Position numbers and translations under genes: made by a program | In this document: positions 32,990-43,503 of the stretch, piece by piece | Numbering within the stretch: the first letter of the stretch is position 1 | Layout: the number at the start of each line of letters is the position of its first letter | Notes under the pieces: generated by a model | The model's database searches: none | Told to the model about the DNA's origin: nothing | The model's input: the letters and a program-made list of their open reading frames with translations, nothing else | Source: an uncultured Methanosarcinaceae archaeon | Lineage (GTDB): Archaea > Halobacteriota > Methanosarcinia > Methanosarcinales > Methanosarcinaceae | Direction: 5' to 3' | DNA length: 43,867 nucleotides | NCBI GenBank assembly: GCA_963727895.1 | Contig: CAVSHT010000017.1 | Location: forward strand, 1-43,867

Positions 32990-33496
32990 AGCGGCAATTG
33001 CATGGCAAACTTCTCTAAAGGGAAGGCAATAAAAGAAATTGGGAATCCAGAGCTTGCAAAAATTTTGGATTATCACTATTTTTCATTTATAGCTCTTAAT
33101 TCCCCTGCTTTTTATAACTTTTCGGGATCAACCTTATTCACCGTCCTGTGCCGTTTTTTACGCTCGACGAAGGAAAGCGGCCATTCCTTGAGAATATTAG
33201 TGTACAAAATTAAAGAACGAAGAACAAGTTTAGAGTTTTTATCATTTAAGAACAAAGATTTGTACTTAGACAAAATTATTTGATATAAAAATCAATATCT
33301 TATTAAAAAATCAACATTGAGTGAAGAAAAGTTAATACTGAACAAAGCTGTATGTTAGTTACTATGTATGGAAATCGGATGTACTTTATCCTTTGCTTTA
33401 ATTGAAACAATAGTCATAAAAATAATTGGTGAAATAACAATGAAAAGCAAAATAATCTTATTTGCATCATTTGCATCATGCGGAATGGCCTTTGGC

Positions 33497-33597
33497 GTGG
33501 AGGGTGGTCCCTCTCCGATGTTGCAAGTGGCAATGGATGAGTATCTCTGGCTTCCATGTCAATGGACCAGATGAGGGTTCGAATCCCTCACTCCACA
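33497..33597 (+). ncRNA. tRNA-like structured element (non-canonical)
   Basis: Perfect T-arm GAGGG-TTCGAAT-CCCTC, acceptor-like GTGGAG/CTCCAC + A, and a TCTGG/CCAGA stem enclosing a TCCAT-GTCA-ATGGA hairpin. D region enlarged. Confidence 0.6.
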
Positions 33598-33682
33598 CAA
33601 ATTCAATTTTTTAGCTTATTTTTGTATAATCTGCAATCTTGGAATGAAAGTTTGTTGTAAACTAAATTTAATTATTGCTTTT

Positions 33683-34405
33683 CTAATTAAAATACACTGC
33701 TTGATCTAGTTTTTTCATCAGAAAAGAAATGAAACTTAGTATATCAAGACATTCTTCTTTTGTAATTGGCCAGAGATGTGCAGGCTCATGAGCAGTTGGA
33801 TTCCTTATAGCTCTCATAAGGCCAGCAGACAAAAAAGCTATACCTTCCTGAACGTTTTTATCTGTACTTGAAACACATTTTGTCACTTTTAAAGTTCCTC
33901 TATCTGGATTCCATGCCTGAAGCATCAGATATTGGCCTTCCTTTATACTCTGAGATTTGTTCTGAACTAGCTGATGATAAATTTTAGCTGCTTCAAAAAC
34001 TGCATGGAAGTAATGACCATCAAAATATAACTTACTACAATTTTTCATAATTTCTGGATGGAAATTTCTGCTAGTAAATTCACGTGATTGTTTTCTTATA
34101 TCCGAGATACCAGATTTAATTAGAATGTCATCTATGTGGTTCTTATCTTCATAAGGAACAATTAAATCTAAAAAACTACACAATAATTTATTTCGCTCAT
34201 CAATAATTAATTTCTGTTTTGCTAAGGTCAATATCCAGTCGTGGATTCTTTGTGCTCTTAAAGAAGTAATGGAGCTATTAGGAAAATCTTCGCAATTAAA
34301 TGAGAAAACAGATTTTGCAGCTCTGTCTATTTCATTGATAGGAGTAGAATATTTTAGACTGTCACCGATCTGTATCGCAATCATCTTATAAGTTTGAGAA
34401 TCCAC
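33683..34405 (-). CDS. TIGR02391 (Ymh) family protein with a HEPN-like RxxxxH motif
   Basis: FHPEI..GHYFHAVFEAAK..IRNPTAHEP..LDILSFIS. GTG 34405 follows an AAGGAG RBS. Confidence 0.85.
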   Translation of the reverse strand: MDSQTYKMIAIQIGDSLKYSTPINEIDRAAKSVFSFNCEDFPNSSITSLRAQRIHDWILTLAKQKLIIDERNKLLCSFLDLIVPYEDKNHIDDILIKSGISDIRKQSREFTSRNFHPEIMKNCSKLYFDGHYFHAVFEAAKIYHQLVQNKSQSIKEGQYLMLQAWNPDRGTLKVTKCVSSTDKNVQEGIAFLSAGLMRAIRNPTAHEPAHLWPITKEECLDILSFISFLMKKLDQAVYFN

Positions 34406-34421
34406 AATTGAAATCTCCTTA

Positions 34422-34610
34422 TTAAATCTGAACACGAACTCTTCCTGACATGAGTTTTGGAAGAAGAGTGTCGCGAAGTTGGGATAACAATCTATTTTGT
34501 TTTTGTCTTTCTAGCCTTTCATTATGGAGTGATAAAGCCACTTTATTCCACGCGGTAAGAATTGAATCATTTGGAACAACTATTCGAAAGCTTCCCAAAG
34601 ACCCGGTACG
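34422..34610 (-). pseudogene. hsdS: C-terminal remnant of the type I specificity subunit
   Basis: Manual translation ...IVVPNDSILTAWNKVALSLHNERLERQKQNRLLSQLRDTLLPKLMSGRVRVQI*. LRDTLLPKLMSG is the conserved HsdS end. Confidence 0.88.
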
Positions 34611-34639
34611 GTGAATACGGTTTTGTACGGGTCAGAACT

Positions 34640-36010
34640 TCATTTCTCCAGAATTTCCCAATGGCCACCTTTAGCAGGGCCTACCCTTTTGAGAATTTTC
34701 TCATCCTTCAAGTTTTTAATTTGCCATTCAACACCTTTGTCAGTAATATCCAGTTTTTCTGCCAGTTCTTTTGTAGTTATAGAAGGATTTTCTTTAATCA
34801 GGAAAATGATTTTCTCCCTAGTTTTCTCCCTAGTTTTCTCCCTAGTTTTCTCCTTAGTTGTTTCCCCAGTTGCTTCCTTTTCCCCAACTTTTTCTTCTGC
34901 TTCCATCTGTTTTCTCTTAAATGTGACAATAAACTGAGTCCCGACTTCTTTAAAATCGGTTTCGGGCTCTTGTGAAAGTATAAGGCTGATGCCTCTACCC
35001 CATTTCTCGATCAGGTGAATTTCATGCAGGGTTTCGGCGAGCAGTTCGTTTCTTCGCTCAGAAACCATTTCGGATTTGATCTGATCGATTGTAAGACCAC
35101 CGTAAAGCCTGCCTTTGTTCCGGATTTCCACCCAGTTTTTGAAAACAGCCACGTTTACAGAATCGTACTCATAGTAGTCACGGTGGCAAAAAGCATTTAC
35201 AACAGCTTCCCTGATAGCTTCTTCATTTATTTCCGGGACATCAACCCTTTTGAGGCCTTCTAGCCTCATGCCAATATGAATATTTTTAAGGATGTATTTC
35301 TGGGCTTCCTCAATCAGATAGAATAAATCGCCTGTAAACTCCTGCATATCTATAATATAGGAAGTGTCGTCTGTAGCAAAAACCGCGCACCTGAGCTTTG
35401 CATTCGGGAAAAAGGTTTCAGGAGATTTGCCAAAAAGAATCACTGCAGCATTGGTTAATTTTCCGTCCTGAAAGAGTTTCAATTTTCTCAGGGAATTCTC
35501 AAAACCTGTATACTCTTTTCCTGCTGCTTTTACAAAAACCTGCACTTTTTCTTCACTGAGGTCTGCTAAAGTTGCATCCTTGCAGATTGCAGTATCCCAT
35601 CTAAGCTGGGATTTGTTTTTCCTGAGAATCATATTCTCAAGTTCTTTTCTGCTCAGGAGCTTGTCTTCATCAGAAGTACGGATGTAAGCCCTACCGTAGG
35701 CAAAATAGGGAATATCATTACCCTGAAATTCAATTTCTATGCAGGTCTTTCCCTCCAGAGTAACCTGCCTAATATTTGGATAAATTCTGGGCTCTATATA
35801 TGAAGAAACAGCTTGAGAAATACTTCTTAAAGTGTCATCCCCAATATCCTGGCCAATAACAGTGCCGTCATCTTTTATCCCGAAATACAGTTTTCCTTCC
35901 TGATGCTTGTTGAGAATCGAAACTATGGAAATAAGTCCTGGCTTCAATTGGGCAGTAGACTTCTTCAGTTCCAGAATCTCGGATTCTTTCAATTGGGAAT
36001 CAGAGTTCAT
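34640..36010 (-). CDS. Schlafen/AlbA_2 domain + HATPase_c_4-like + C-terminal HTH protein
   Basis: [39 protein letters not shown], wHTH ending [10 protein letters not shown]. 12-bp TREK linker repeat. Overlaps the hsdM stop. Confidence 0.88.
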   Translation of the reverse strand: MNSDSQLKESEILELKKSTAQLKPGLISIVSILNKHQEGKLYFGIKDDGTVIGQDIGDDTLRSISQAVSSYIEPRIYPNIRQVTLEGKTCIEIEFQGNDIPYFAYGRAYIRTSDEDKLLSRKELENMILRKNKSQLRWDTAICKDATLADLSEEKVQVFVKAAGKEYTGFENSLRKLKLFQDGKLTNAAVILFGKSPETFFPNAKLRCAVFATDDTSYIIDMQEFTGDLFYLIEEAQKYILKNIHIGMRLEGLKRVDVPEINEEAIREAVVNAFCHRDYYEYDSVNVAVFKNWVEIRNKGRLYGGLTIDQIKSEMVSERRNELLAETLHEIHLIEKWGRGISLILSQEPETDFKEVGTQFIVTFKRKQMEAEEKVGEKEATGETTKEKTREKTREKTREKIIFLIKENPSITTKELAEKLDITDKGVEWQIKNLKDEKILKRVGPAKGGHWEILEK

Positions 36011-37553
36011 ACCCGAACCCTGCCAGATTCTCTCTAATTTTCGTCTCCAGCTCCTCTGATTTTCTGAACTGCTCCGAAAGTTCTGCAGTCAATTTTCCCA
36101 TTTTCTCTTTAAATTCTTCATCATCGTCTTCGGTCTCTTCAAAACCTACATAACGACCAGGAGTAAGTATATAATCGTGTTTCTTAATTTCGTCAAGAGT
36201 TGCAGCCTTACAGAAGCCAGGGACATCTTCATATTCCCCGTTCTCAATCTTTTCTCCATGCCAGGCGTGGTAGGTGTCGGCAATCTTCTGGATTTCTTCA
36301 TCAGTAAGTTCGCGGTGGGTACGATCTCGCAAAACTCCCATATTCCGGGTATCAATAAAGAGAACTTCACCGCGCCTGTCGTGGAAACCACTGTTTTGCT
36401 TGTCGCGGACAATGAACCATAAGCAGGCTGGAATTCCAGTATTGTAGAAAAGCTGGCCTGGAAGGGCAATCATACAGTCTACAAGATCTTTTTCAATTAT
36501 ATTTTTCCGGATCTCACCTTCACCAGAGGTGTTTGAGGACATGGAACCGTTAGCAAGGACAAAGCCTGCAATTCCAGTTGGAGAAAGGTGGTGGATATAG
36601 TGTTGAACCCAGGCGAAGTTGGCATTGCCTTTTGGCGGGACTCCGAATTTCCAGCGGGCATCTTCGGTAAGAAGTTCACTTTTCCAGTCTGAATCGTTAA
36701 AAGGAGGATTTGAAAGAATAAAATCGGCTTTCAGGTCTTTGTGCAGGTCATTATGGAAAAAATCACCCCATTTGATGCCATCGTTGTCTATGCCCCGGAT
36801 AGCAAGGTTCATTTTGCAGAGTCTCCAGGTAGTCTGGTTTGATTCCTGGCCAAAAATGGAGAGATTTTCAAGACGGCCTTCATGAGCTTCAAGGAATTTC
36901 TCGCTCTGGACAAACATCCCACCTGAACCACAGCAGGGGTCATAAATTCGGCCGCGATAGGGCTCAATCATCTCAACTAGAACTCGGACTATACTTCTTG
37001 GGGTATAGAACTGACCGCCACGCTTGCCCTCTGCGTCTGCAAAACTGCCGAGGAAGTACTCATAAACTCGGCCAAGCACGTCTTTACTCCGGCTTTCTTT
37101 ATCTCCAAGGCCGATTGTGCCTACAAGGTCAATCAACTCACCCAGGCGCTGCTTGTCAAGTCCTTCCCTTGCATAGTTCTTTGGGAGCACTCCTTTCAGG
37201 GTATTATTATCCCGCTCAATTGAAGTCATAGCTTCGTCTACAATTTTCCCTATAGTAGGCTGCTTTGCACTTCTCTCCAGATGGTTCCAACGGGCTTCAG
37301 GAGGTACCCAGAATACATTCTCTGCTAGATATTCTTCTGGATCTTCTGGGTCGGCGCCTTCCTCTATTTCCAACAAGAGTTTTTCGTGCATCTCTTCAAA
37401 AGCGTCCGAGATGTATTTCAGGAAAACGAGACCGAGTACTACATGTTTATACTCTGCTGCGTCCATATTGTTTCGGAGTTTGTCCGCTGCCTGCCAGAGT
37501 TTTTCTTCAAAACCTAGATTTGCACCATTTGAGCCTGCTGTATTTTTTGCCAT
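36000..37553 (-). CDS. hsdM: Type I R-M methyltransferase subunit (m6A)
   Basis: [23 protein letters not shown] and NPPF motifs; intact 517 aa. Confidence 0.96.
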   Translation of the reverse strand: MAKNTAGSNGANLGFEEKLWQAADKLRNNMDAAEYKHVVLGLVFLKYISDAFEEMHEKLLLEIEEGADPEDPEEYLAENVFWVPPEARWNHLERSAKQPTIGKIVDEAMTSIERDNNTLKGVLPKNYAREGLDKQRLGELIDLVGTIGLGDKESRSKDVLGRVYEYFLGSFADAEGKRGGQFYTPRSIVRVLVEMIEPYRGRIYDPCCGSGGMFVQSEKFLEAHEGRLENLSIFGQESNQTTWRLCKMNLAIRGIDNDGIKWGDFFHNDLHKDLKADFILSNPPFNDSDWKSELLTEDARWKFGVPPKGNANFAWVQHYIHHLSPTGIAGFVLANGSMSSNTSGEGEIRKNIIEKDLVDCMIALPGQLFYNTGIPACLWFIVRDKQNSGFHDRRGEVLFIDTRNMGVLRDRTHRELTDEEIQKIADTYHAWHGEKIENGEYEDVPGFCKAATLDEIKKHDYILTPGRYVGFEETEDDDEEFKEKMGKLTAELSEQFRKSEELETKIRENLAGFGYEL

Positions 37554-37702
37554 GAATAACCAACACTTTGATGATACCCTACGGTAACTCGTGAACTGTT
37601 ATAAAATTGACGATTTTAAGAATTCTGGATAATATCAGCCTAAGGGCAATAACTGCCATTACTATAATTTTAAATATTTTTAAGAGAGCTCCAGGAACTG
37701 GC

Positions 37703-38075
37703 GAGTTCTGGTGAGCATATAAAAAGAGTATCTTGAGTTCTTCGAGCATAAAAAAGGTTTTTGGAGTTTTTGGAGCATATAAAAGTACATTGGGAGTTTT
37801 GGAAGTATAAAAAGAGTTTCTTAATTCTTGTATCAACTTACAGTTATTGCAGCATATAAAATCCGGCAAAATCCGGCATTTTAGTCCAGTATAAATTTAT
37901 GATATCGCCATGCATCAACGCGATTGAAAAAAAGCATGCCGGATTTTACACAGAGTTTTTAGGGAAAATTGACATCGTTAGACACTAGAGATAAAAAACA
38001 TAGAAAATCATGTTGAGTTTGTTGAGTATAAAAAAGATCAATATTTAGAGTTCTTAGAGTATAGAAAAAGAGTTT
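37703..38075 (+). repeat. Six degenerate ~30-bp direct repeats (GAGTT..GAG[CT]ATA.AAAAG) around an inverted repeat
   Basis: Units start at 37703, 37735, 37764, 37794, 38015 and 38048. AAAATCCGGC occurs twice at 37858-37877, with inverted ATGCCGGATTTT at 37936-37947. Confidence 0.75.
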
Positions 38076-38105
38076 TTAGAATTACTTAAGAGAGTCAAGC
38101 AAATT

Positions 38106-38342
38106 TCATTTAACAAGTCCAAGTCTCTTTAATTCAATTACCAACCGCGTCTCCATTTGTAATCTATATTCACGAGCAGCTAATTGACCCACCTTCCGAT
38201 TAAACTCTGGATGTTGCCTATAGTTCCAGAGGGTCTGTACTGTGATATTTAGTTTTGCTGCTATTTGTCTATACTTAAGAGGCTCGCAGGCCATAAGATA
38301 AGCTGCTCGGCGTTTTCGAAGAGTCCACTTAAATTTATTCAT
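38106..38342 (-). CDS. Small HTH protein (phBC6A51/small-terminase-like homeodomain fold)
   Basis: YRQIAAKLNITVQTLWNYRQHPEF. Confidence 0.7.
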   Translation of the reverse strand: MNKFKWTLRKRRAAYLMACEPLKYRQIAAKLNITVQTLWNYRQHPEFNRKVGQLAAREYRLQMETRLVIELKRLGLVK

Positions 38343-39599
38343 AATTATTAAAATACACTTAAAGTATTTTTAGTTAACCTTACATTTTTTAAGTTTTTTG
38401 ATGAAAACCGACAAAATATGGACATTTTCGCAAATAAACCACTAGCAGAAGGCAATTAGTTAAAAATGACATTCAAATTTTGACGGACTTTTGAGACGCT
38501 TGTATTTGATTTGTCATGTTTAAACTGAGAGTTTCACCAGGTTTTACTCAAATTTAATAAGTGCCAAGAATTTTAAGTTATTTTAAGAATATTCAGGTTT
38601 TAGCGCGAAATTTAAGGAATGAATCAGCATCAAGCGGCACACAGGGTTAAAATACACGGAACATAAAAAAGAATTAATAGATGTGAGATATTGCAGTACT
38701 AAAAAACTATTTTGACAATTTTTACGGAAATATCGCAAATTTTTTGCATCCAGCACGCCACAAGATAACGTTTCTCAATTCGACATTTTCATCACAATGA
38801 TTCGAAAAAATCAATTTCTAAAAAAAGACTTCTGTAGTGGGTGACGTTTAAGAAGTTGGCATATGAGAACTAAATCGCAATGAAGCCGCACTAAAATTGA
38901 GTATTGACAAGGCCTTCTAATCATTTACACTATATAAAAAGGTGAACACATTAGAGGGGAACTTCTGAATTGAGTATTTCAAGATTATTCGAATTGATTT
39001 ATTTCATAAATTAAAGAGAAAACGATATATATATAGCCATCATTACAAAATTAAAAAGGCAATCCCAATTCGAATAATTCGCATAATAACGGATATTTTT
39101 TAATTATAGGATAAACACATTATGGGAATACTTTTTAATCGAAATTATAGGCCGTTTCGGTAAAACATTGCTTATAATTTCGTCATCAGTAAGCGCAGAT
39201 AGTGAGGTTGAAATTGAAACGTTAACGAAACGTTTCAGAAAATATTTTTATAAAAATGGTTATTTAAAATTAAAACTCTCAAGCCAAAATGATTAAATAT
39301 ACATGAACATAAAAAAGAATTAATTAATGTATTCTCATGTGCTTACAAAATAATTTGCAGTTCGCAGTATAAAGGGGATTTTTAACAGTTGGGAGTACTG
39401 TAACGTTGGAAGGGTGTTGTAACAATTACGAGGTAATATAACAGTATACAAGTTTTAGAACATTGGTAAGTTCATAGGAAGACATATTTTAATATAATAA
39501 AAAGAATAAAACAATCAGTACCCTCAGTGAATTGATTATGGGGAAGTTTATATTATAAAAAGAACAATTATACTGTACAATATTATAATGGTGACATAT

Positions 39600-39752
39600 A
39601 TGCCTACAGATCCAAGATATACAAAAGCGAATGTTTCCCCTAAAGCTGAACAAGTATTAAAAATTATTGCAGCAGAACAGCACAAATACATCTATGAAGT
39701 CGTAGATGAAATAATAGAGCGAAATTTCCCTACATACGTCAAAGGATGCTAA
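39600..39752 (+). CDS. 50-aa RHH-like regulator MPTDPRYTKANVSPKAEQVLKIIAAEQHKYIYEVVDEIIERNFPTYVKGC
   Basis: GGTGA RBS, beta-alpha-alpha pattern, CopG-like position at the head of the rep cluster. Below the ORF-track cutoff. Confidence 0.7.
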   Translation: MPTDPRYTKANVSPKAEQVLKIIAAEQHKYIYEVVDEIIERNFPTYVKGC

Positions 39753-40354
39753 AAAAAGAATAGAATAAAAAGAACGACCAATGATGAGAGAATTTAGAAA
39801 CAAGCCTTCTGAAGACCTGAACCATCTACAGAAAGGCGGAAATCATGTTTTGCAGCTTCCTAGTTTCAATAGGAGCTCCGACTTTTTATACTTTTCTACA
39901 TTGCAACAATTTGCATGCAATATGCACGTACGTATACAACGTGCTGGAAAGTATAAGAGCATTTTTATCATCAACTGCATGTGAAAAATGTAATCAAAAA
40001 CTGATTTCCGTTACAGCTTGCTTCTTGAGTTCTCTTTGATTTTGAAATTTATTTGAAGTTAATATTTCTTAGAACTCAATCTCAAGGGGCGAAAACATGA
40101 AAAAATATAATTACAACGCCGTACAGACGTTTATTTCCAATTTTGATAGCTTGTCGAGTACCTCTTCAATTCCTGAAACTCGAAGCACATCAACGCAGGA
40201 AACGGAACACAATTTTAATTCAAATTACCGTTGTAGCTGCAAGAAAAATGTACTCTTTTTCCATTGATCCATACTCATTCAGACGGCCTGAAGAATTTGA
40301 GGATTGTAGCAGAGCAGATCTTAAAAGGGCTTATCGTCTTGGGGGTGAATACTG

Positions 40355-40501
40355 ATGTCCCCTTCACTTTTAGAACTTGAATCGTTCTATGGATCTAATC
40401 AGGGAGAAACCACATATCGAAAATCTGAAATTCGTTATCTTGCGGATGTTTGGAAAGAGATAAGGACAACGAAGGGAAAACGCACGGAAGGAGTGAGTTA
40501 A
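40355..40501 (+). CDS. 48-aa hypothetical protein coupled to the rep gene
   Basis: GGGGGTGA RBS; TGATG overlap with the upstream ORF; stop directly abuts the TTG at 40502. Confidence 0.5.
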   Translation: MSPSLLELESFYGSNQGETTYRKSEIRYLADVWKEIRTTKGKRTEGVS

Positions 40502-43421
40502 TTGTCAAGCATACAGCTTACGGTACCTTCGTACTCATTCAACCGGGAAAACACTGATACAAGAACAAAAACTGCATCACGGTATTATCAAAGCTTCGGC
40601 ACTGGAAATTATCTGTTACACAAAACCACTAGAGCAGGTGCAACAACGTCTTTAATTACCGAATCCATGAACAGAGGCGAAAAGTTTCTTGCAATGGTTC
40701 CAACGAATAAGATAGCGGATGATACAATCATAAACGATGCAAAAGAGTTCTGTGATCGAGAAAATACTGAAATAATCCACATCCCTTCAAACCACAAGTG
40801 TATCCATAATCAGGAGCTATGTAAAGAATATCCAGATTTAAACGCGTTGCCTGTTCTCCCGATAGCTGAGAAATGTGATAAATGCGAATACTACGATAAA
40901 TGTGAAGTTACGGCTATATCCAGGAAACCAAATGCTGATGGATACGTCTTAACCTATTCAAAACTAGCCGCGCTCCTGATGGCAAATAACCGGCCCAATT
41001 CAACTGCTCATAAAATATTACAGACGATTGCCAAATCGTGTAATATAATTCTGGATGAAGTTCATGAAATGCAGTATGGAAAACGTAATGATGTTATCGT
41101 ATACGATAGTAAATTCCAGCGGCGATTAAGGTTAGATCGATTTAATACTCTTTCTCAAGAATTCCCATACATCATAAGTATAATTGAAAAAATGAGCATT
41201 ATAGATCGAAACGAAGGGGTAAACAGCGCAATTCATGAAGTATTAGGAGGTGCAGAAGGAGAAAATTATTGGAAACATAAATTAAATCGAACCGTTATTA
41301 ACCCCTGCTTCAAATATGGGAATGTTGAAGAAAAAGGAAAATTTACCATTGGGGTTTTCAGTGAGATTATAGAACTTACAAAGCAACTTAACAAGTACAA
41401 TTTGGCAATAAAAGATGTCCTCGAACTGTACAAAATGCTATAGATAGTCACAAGTGAAGTCATATCTGTAAATGCAATAAAAGATCACGGAATCATAAAT
41501 ATAAATTTGACTGCCATTGATTACAATCTCCAAAACATGATAAATTCATTCGTAATGAGTATGCAAAGTGAGGATAAACGAATAATTTTAACGTCCGCTA
41601 CAATTTGCAGCTACGATTACAGCAAGCTTTTTTTGGGGCATGTCAAGCCGGTTAGTATCATGTTTGGACCAGGTGGAGATCCACTTAACACTAATTCCAA
41701 GATGACTATCCTAGCAGATAATAAAAAGTATAACGCAGTTGGAGACCGGTCACGACACAAAATGAAAGGGGAGATCATAAGCAGGATACTTGAGATTCTG
41801 CATTGCTACGGCGATCAGGACTGTATAATCATAGCCCTTGGTATCCCAGAAGCTGAAAGTTTAGAATCAGATTTAAGTAACGCTGGACATCCTCATTCAG
41901 TTACATATTACAAAGCTTCCGAAATGATGGGAGTTTCAGCAAAACAGCGAGTTATGATAGCTATAGGGCTTGCTAACAAACCTTCGAACGCTTTTGATGC
42001 AATTTCAATTGATGCAAAAAACTCAAGAAGGCTACTAGAAGAGTCCGTACACTGTGACACATGGCAAGCATGGAGTCGTATAAAAGATCCGGAAGGGAAA
42101 CAACCTTCTTTAGTTTTTGCTCTAGGTTGCTGCGTCGAGGATTGCAGGAACGTAGTTAAATGGGGATTTAACAGGACTGTAGAAATTGAAGAAACACGGA
42201 ATGATGCAAAAAAGAAAGTAAACGTTATCTGTGAAAAAAGAAAGATAACAGAACCCTCTGTTCTCAAATGCAAAAGTTTTGACGAAATGCTAGAAGAAGC
42301 TTCCATTAGACAACTTCCTAAACAAGTGCGTTCAAAACCTTCCAAACCGTCTATATATAATAATATAATAGACGGTTTTAGCATTTCAAAACGCACTTGT
42401 TTAGACAGTTCGGTTAAATTGCTGAATTTAATTATTAACAGAAATGATGTTTATGGGCAACAGCAAAAGGATGGAACTTATAGGTTAGTTGAAGTTCCTA
42501 TAACAGAAACAACTATAAGAGAACACCTAAAGGGAAATATCACAATTGGAACTTACCACTTAAACAAGGAAAATAAAGTTAAAACTCTCTGTTTTGATAT
42601 TGATTCTCATGCTCCTAAAAATGCTATCGAATCAGAAGAAGATATTCTAAAAAGGGATAATGCTGCAGAACAACGAAAGGATATTCTTTCCAATTTTCTT
42701 TCTCATCATGGAATTCCTTACACTTTAGAAGCGTCTGGAAGTCCACATTCGTATCATTTTTGGATATTTCTAGAGCCTGTAGATGCTGAGAAAGCCTACG
42801 AGTTAGGGAATTGGATAAGAGAATCTCTTAAATGGAAGGAGGCAGACATTGAGGTATTCCCAAAGCAAAAAAGGGTTGATAGAAAAGGGTATGGTAATTT
42901 AATCAAACTTCCATTTGCAACACATCAAAAACATAAAACTCTTTCCAAGATTCTAGTAAATGGTACTTTTGTAAAAGACTTTGATTCTTTAGAAGTTGGG
43001 GTTTTAGACATTTATTCATTCGTTCCTCCTGTAGCAAAGAAAGTAGCTACGAAGAAAAAACTTAGTAATCCTAACCCTATTATTAGAGTCAATGGCAAAG
43101 TCCAGCGTAAGCCTAGAAATTGCATTCTGGAAGCTACTAAAAAACAATTGACTGGTCATGTCGGTAATCAGCTTAGAGTTGCAATCGTAAGGGAATTGCA
43201 TCTTTCTGGAATGCCCGAAAAAGCTATTATTGAGACATTCAGCGTGCAGGAAGACTTTGATAGAGGAATAACAAGTTATTATGTTCACCAGGTTCTTAGA
43301 AGAGATTTCATCATCTGTTTTGTGCGCAACTCTCCGTGAACAATGCGGAGATTTGTTAGGCTGCGATAATTGCCTATATTTCAAAACCAGTTTAAATTTA
43401 GCAACGGCTGAGGCAGAATAA
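40502..43421 (+). pseudogene. Helicase-like + archaeo-eukaryotic primase fusion (putative Rep) with an in-frame TAG (41441-41443) and a 3' frameshift (~43309)
   Basis: TTRAGATTS, a Cys cluster and ILDEVH, then AEP motifs CFDID, SGSPHSYH and EVFPKQ..GNLIKLP. ORFs 40502 and 41507 share a frame with only one TAG between them. A shifted frame ends CATLREQCGDLLGCDNC...TAA 43421. Confidence 0.8.
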
Positions 43422-43503
43422 CCTAAGTCCATTTTTACACTGTACTTTGCCATTTTAATAAGCAGTCCCATAGATTTTGTTCCAAAATAATAATGTGTTA
43501 CTT

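Noticed and set aside
33002..33283. 93-aa ORF after hsp20
   Set aside because: No clear RBS or motif; composition looks like non-coding sequence.
33497..33597. Canonical tRNA-Gly(TCC) with an intron
   Set aside because: CT-TCC-A is present, but the would-be intron is only 9 nt with no clear bulge-helix-bulge, the D region is oversized and pair 7:66 is mismatched. Kept only as tRNA-like.
37703..38075. Degenerate CRISPR mini-array
   Set aside because: The period is only about 30 bp, leaving no room for spacers.
5294..43421. All broken genes are sequencing artefacts
   Set aside because: Some single-base shifts could be, but the MITE insertion with TSD, the hsdS deletion and the multi-codon hsdR deletion cannot, and long neighbouring genes are intact.
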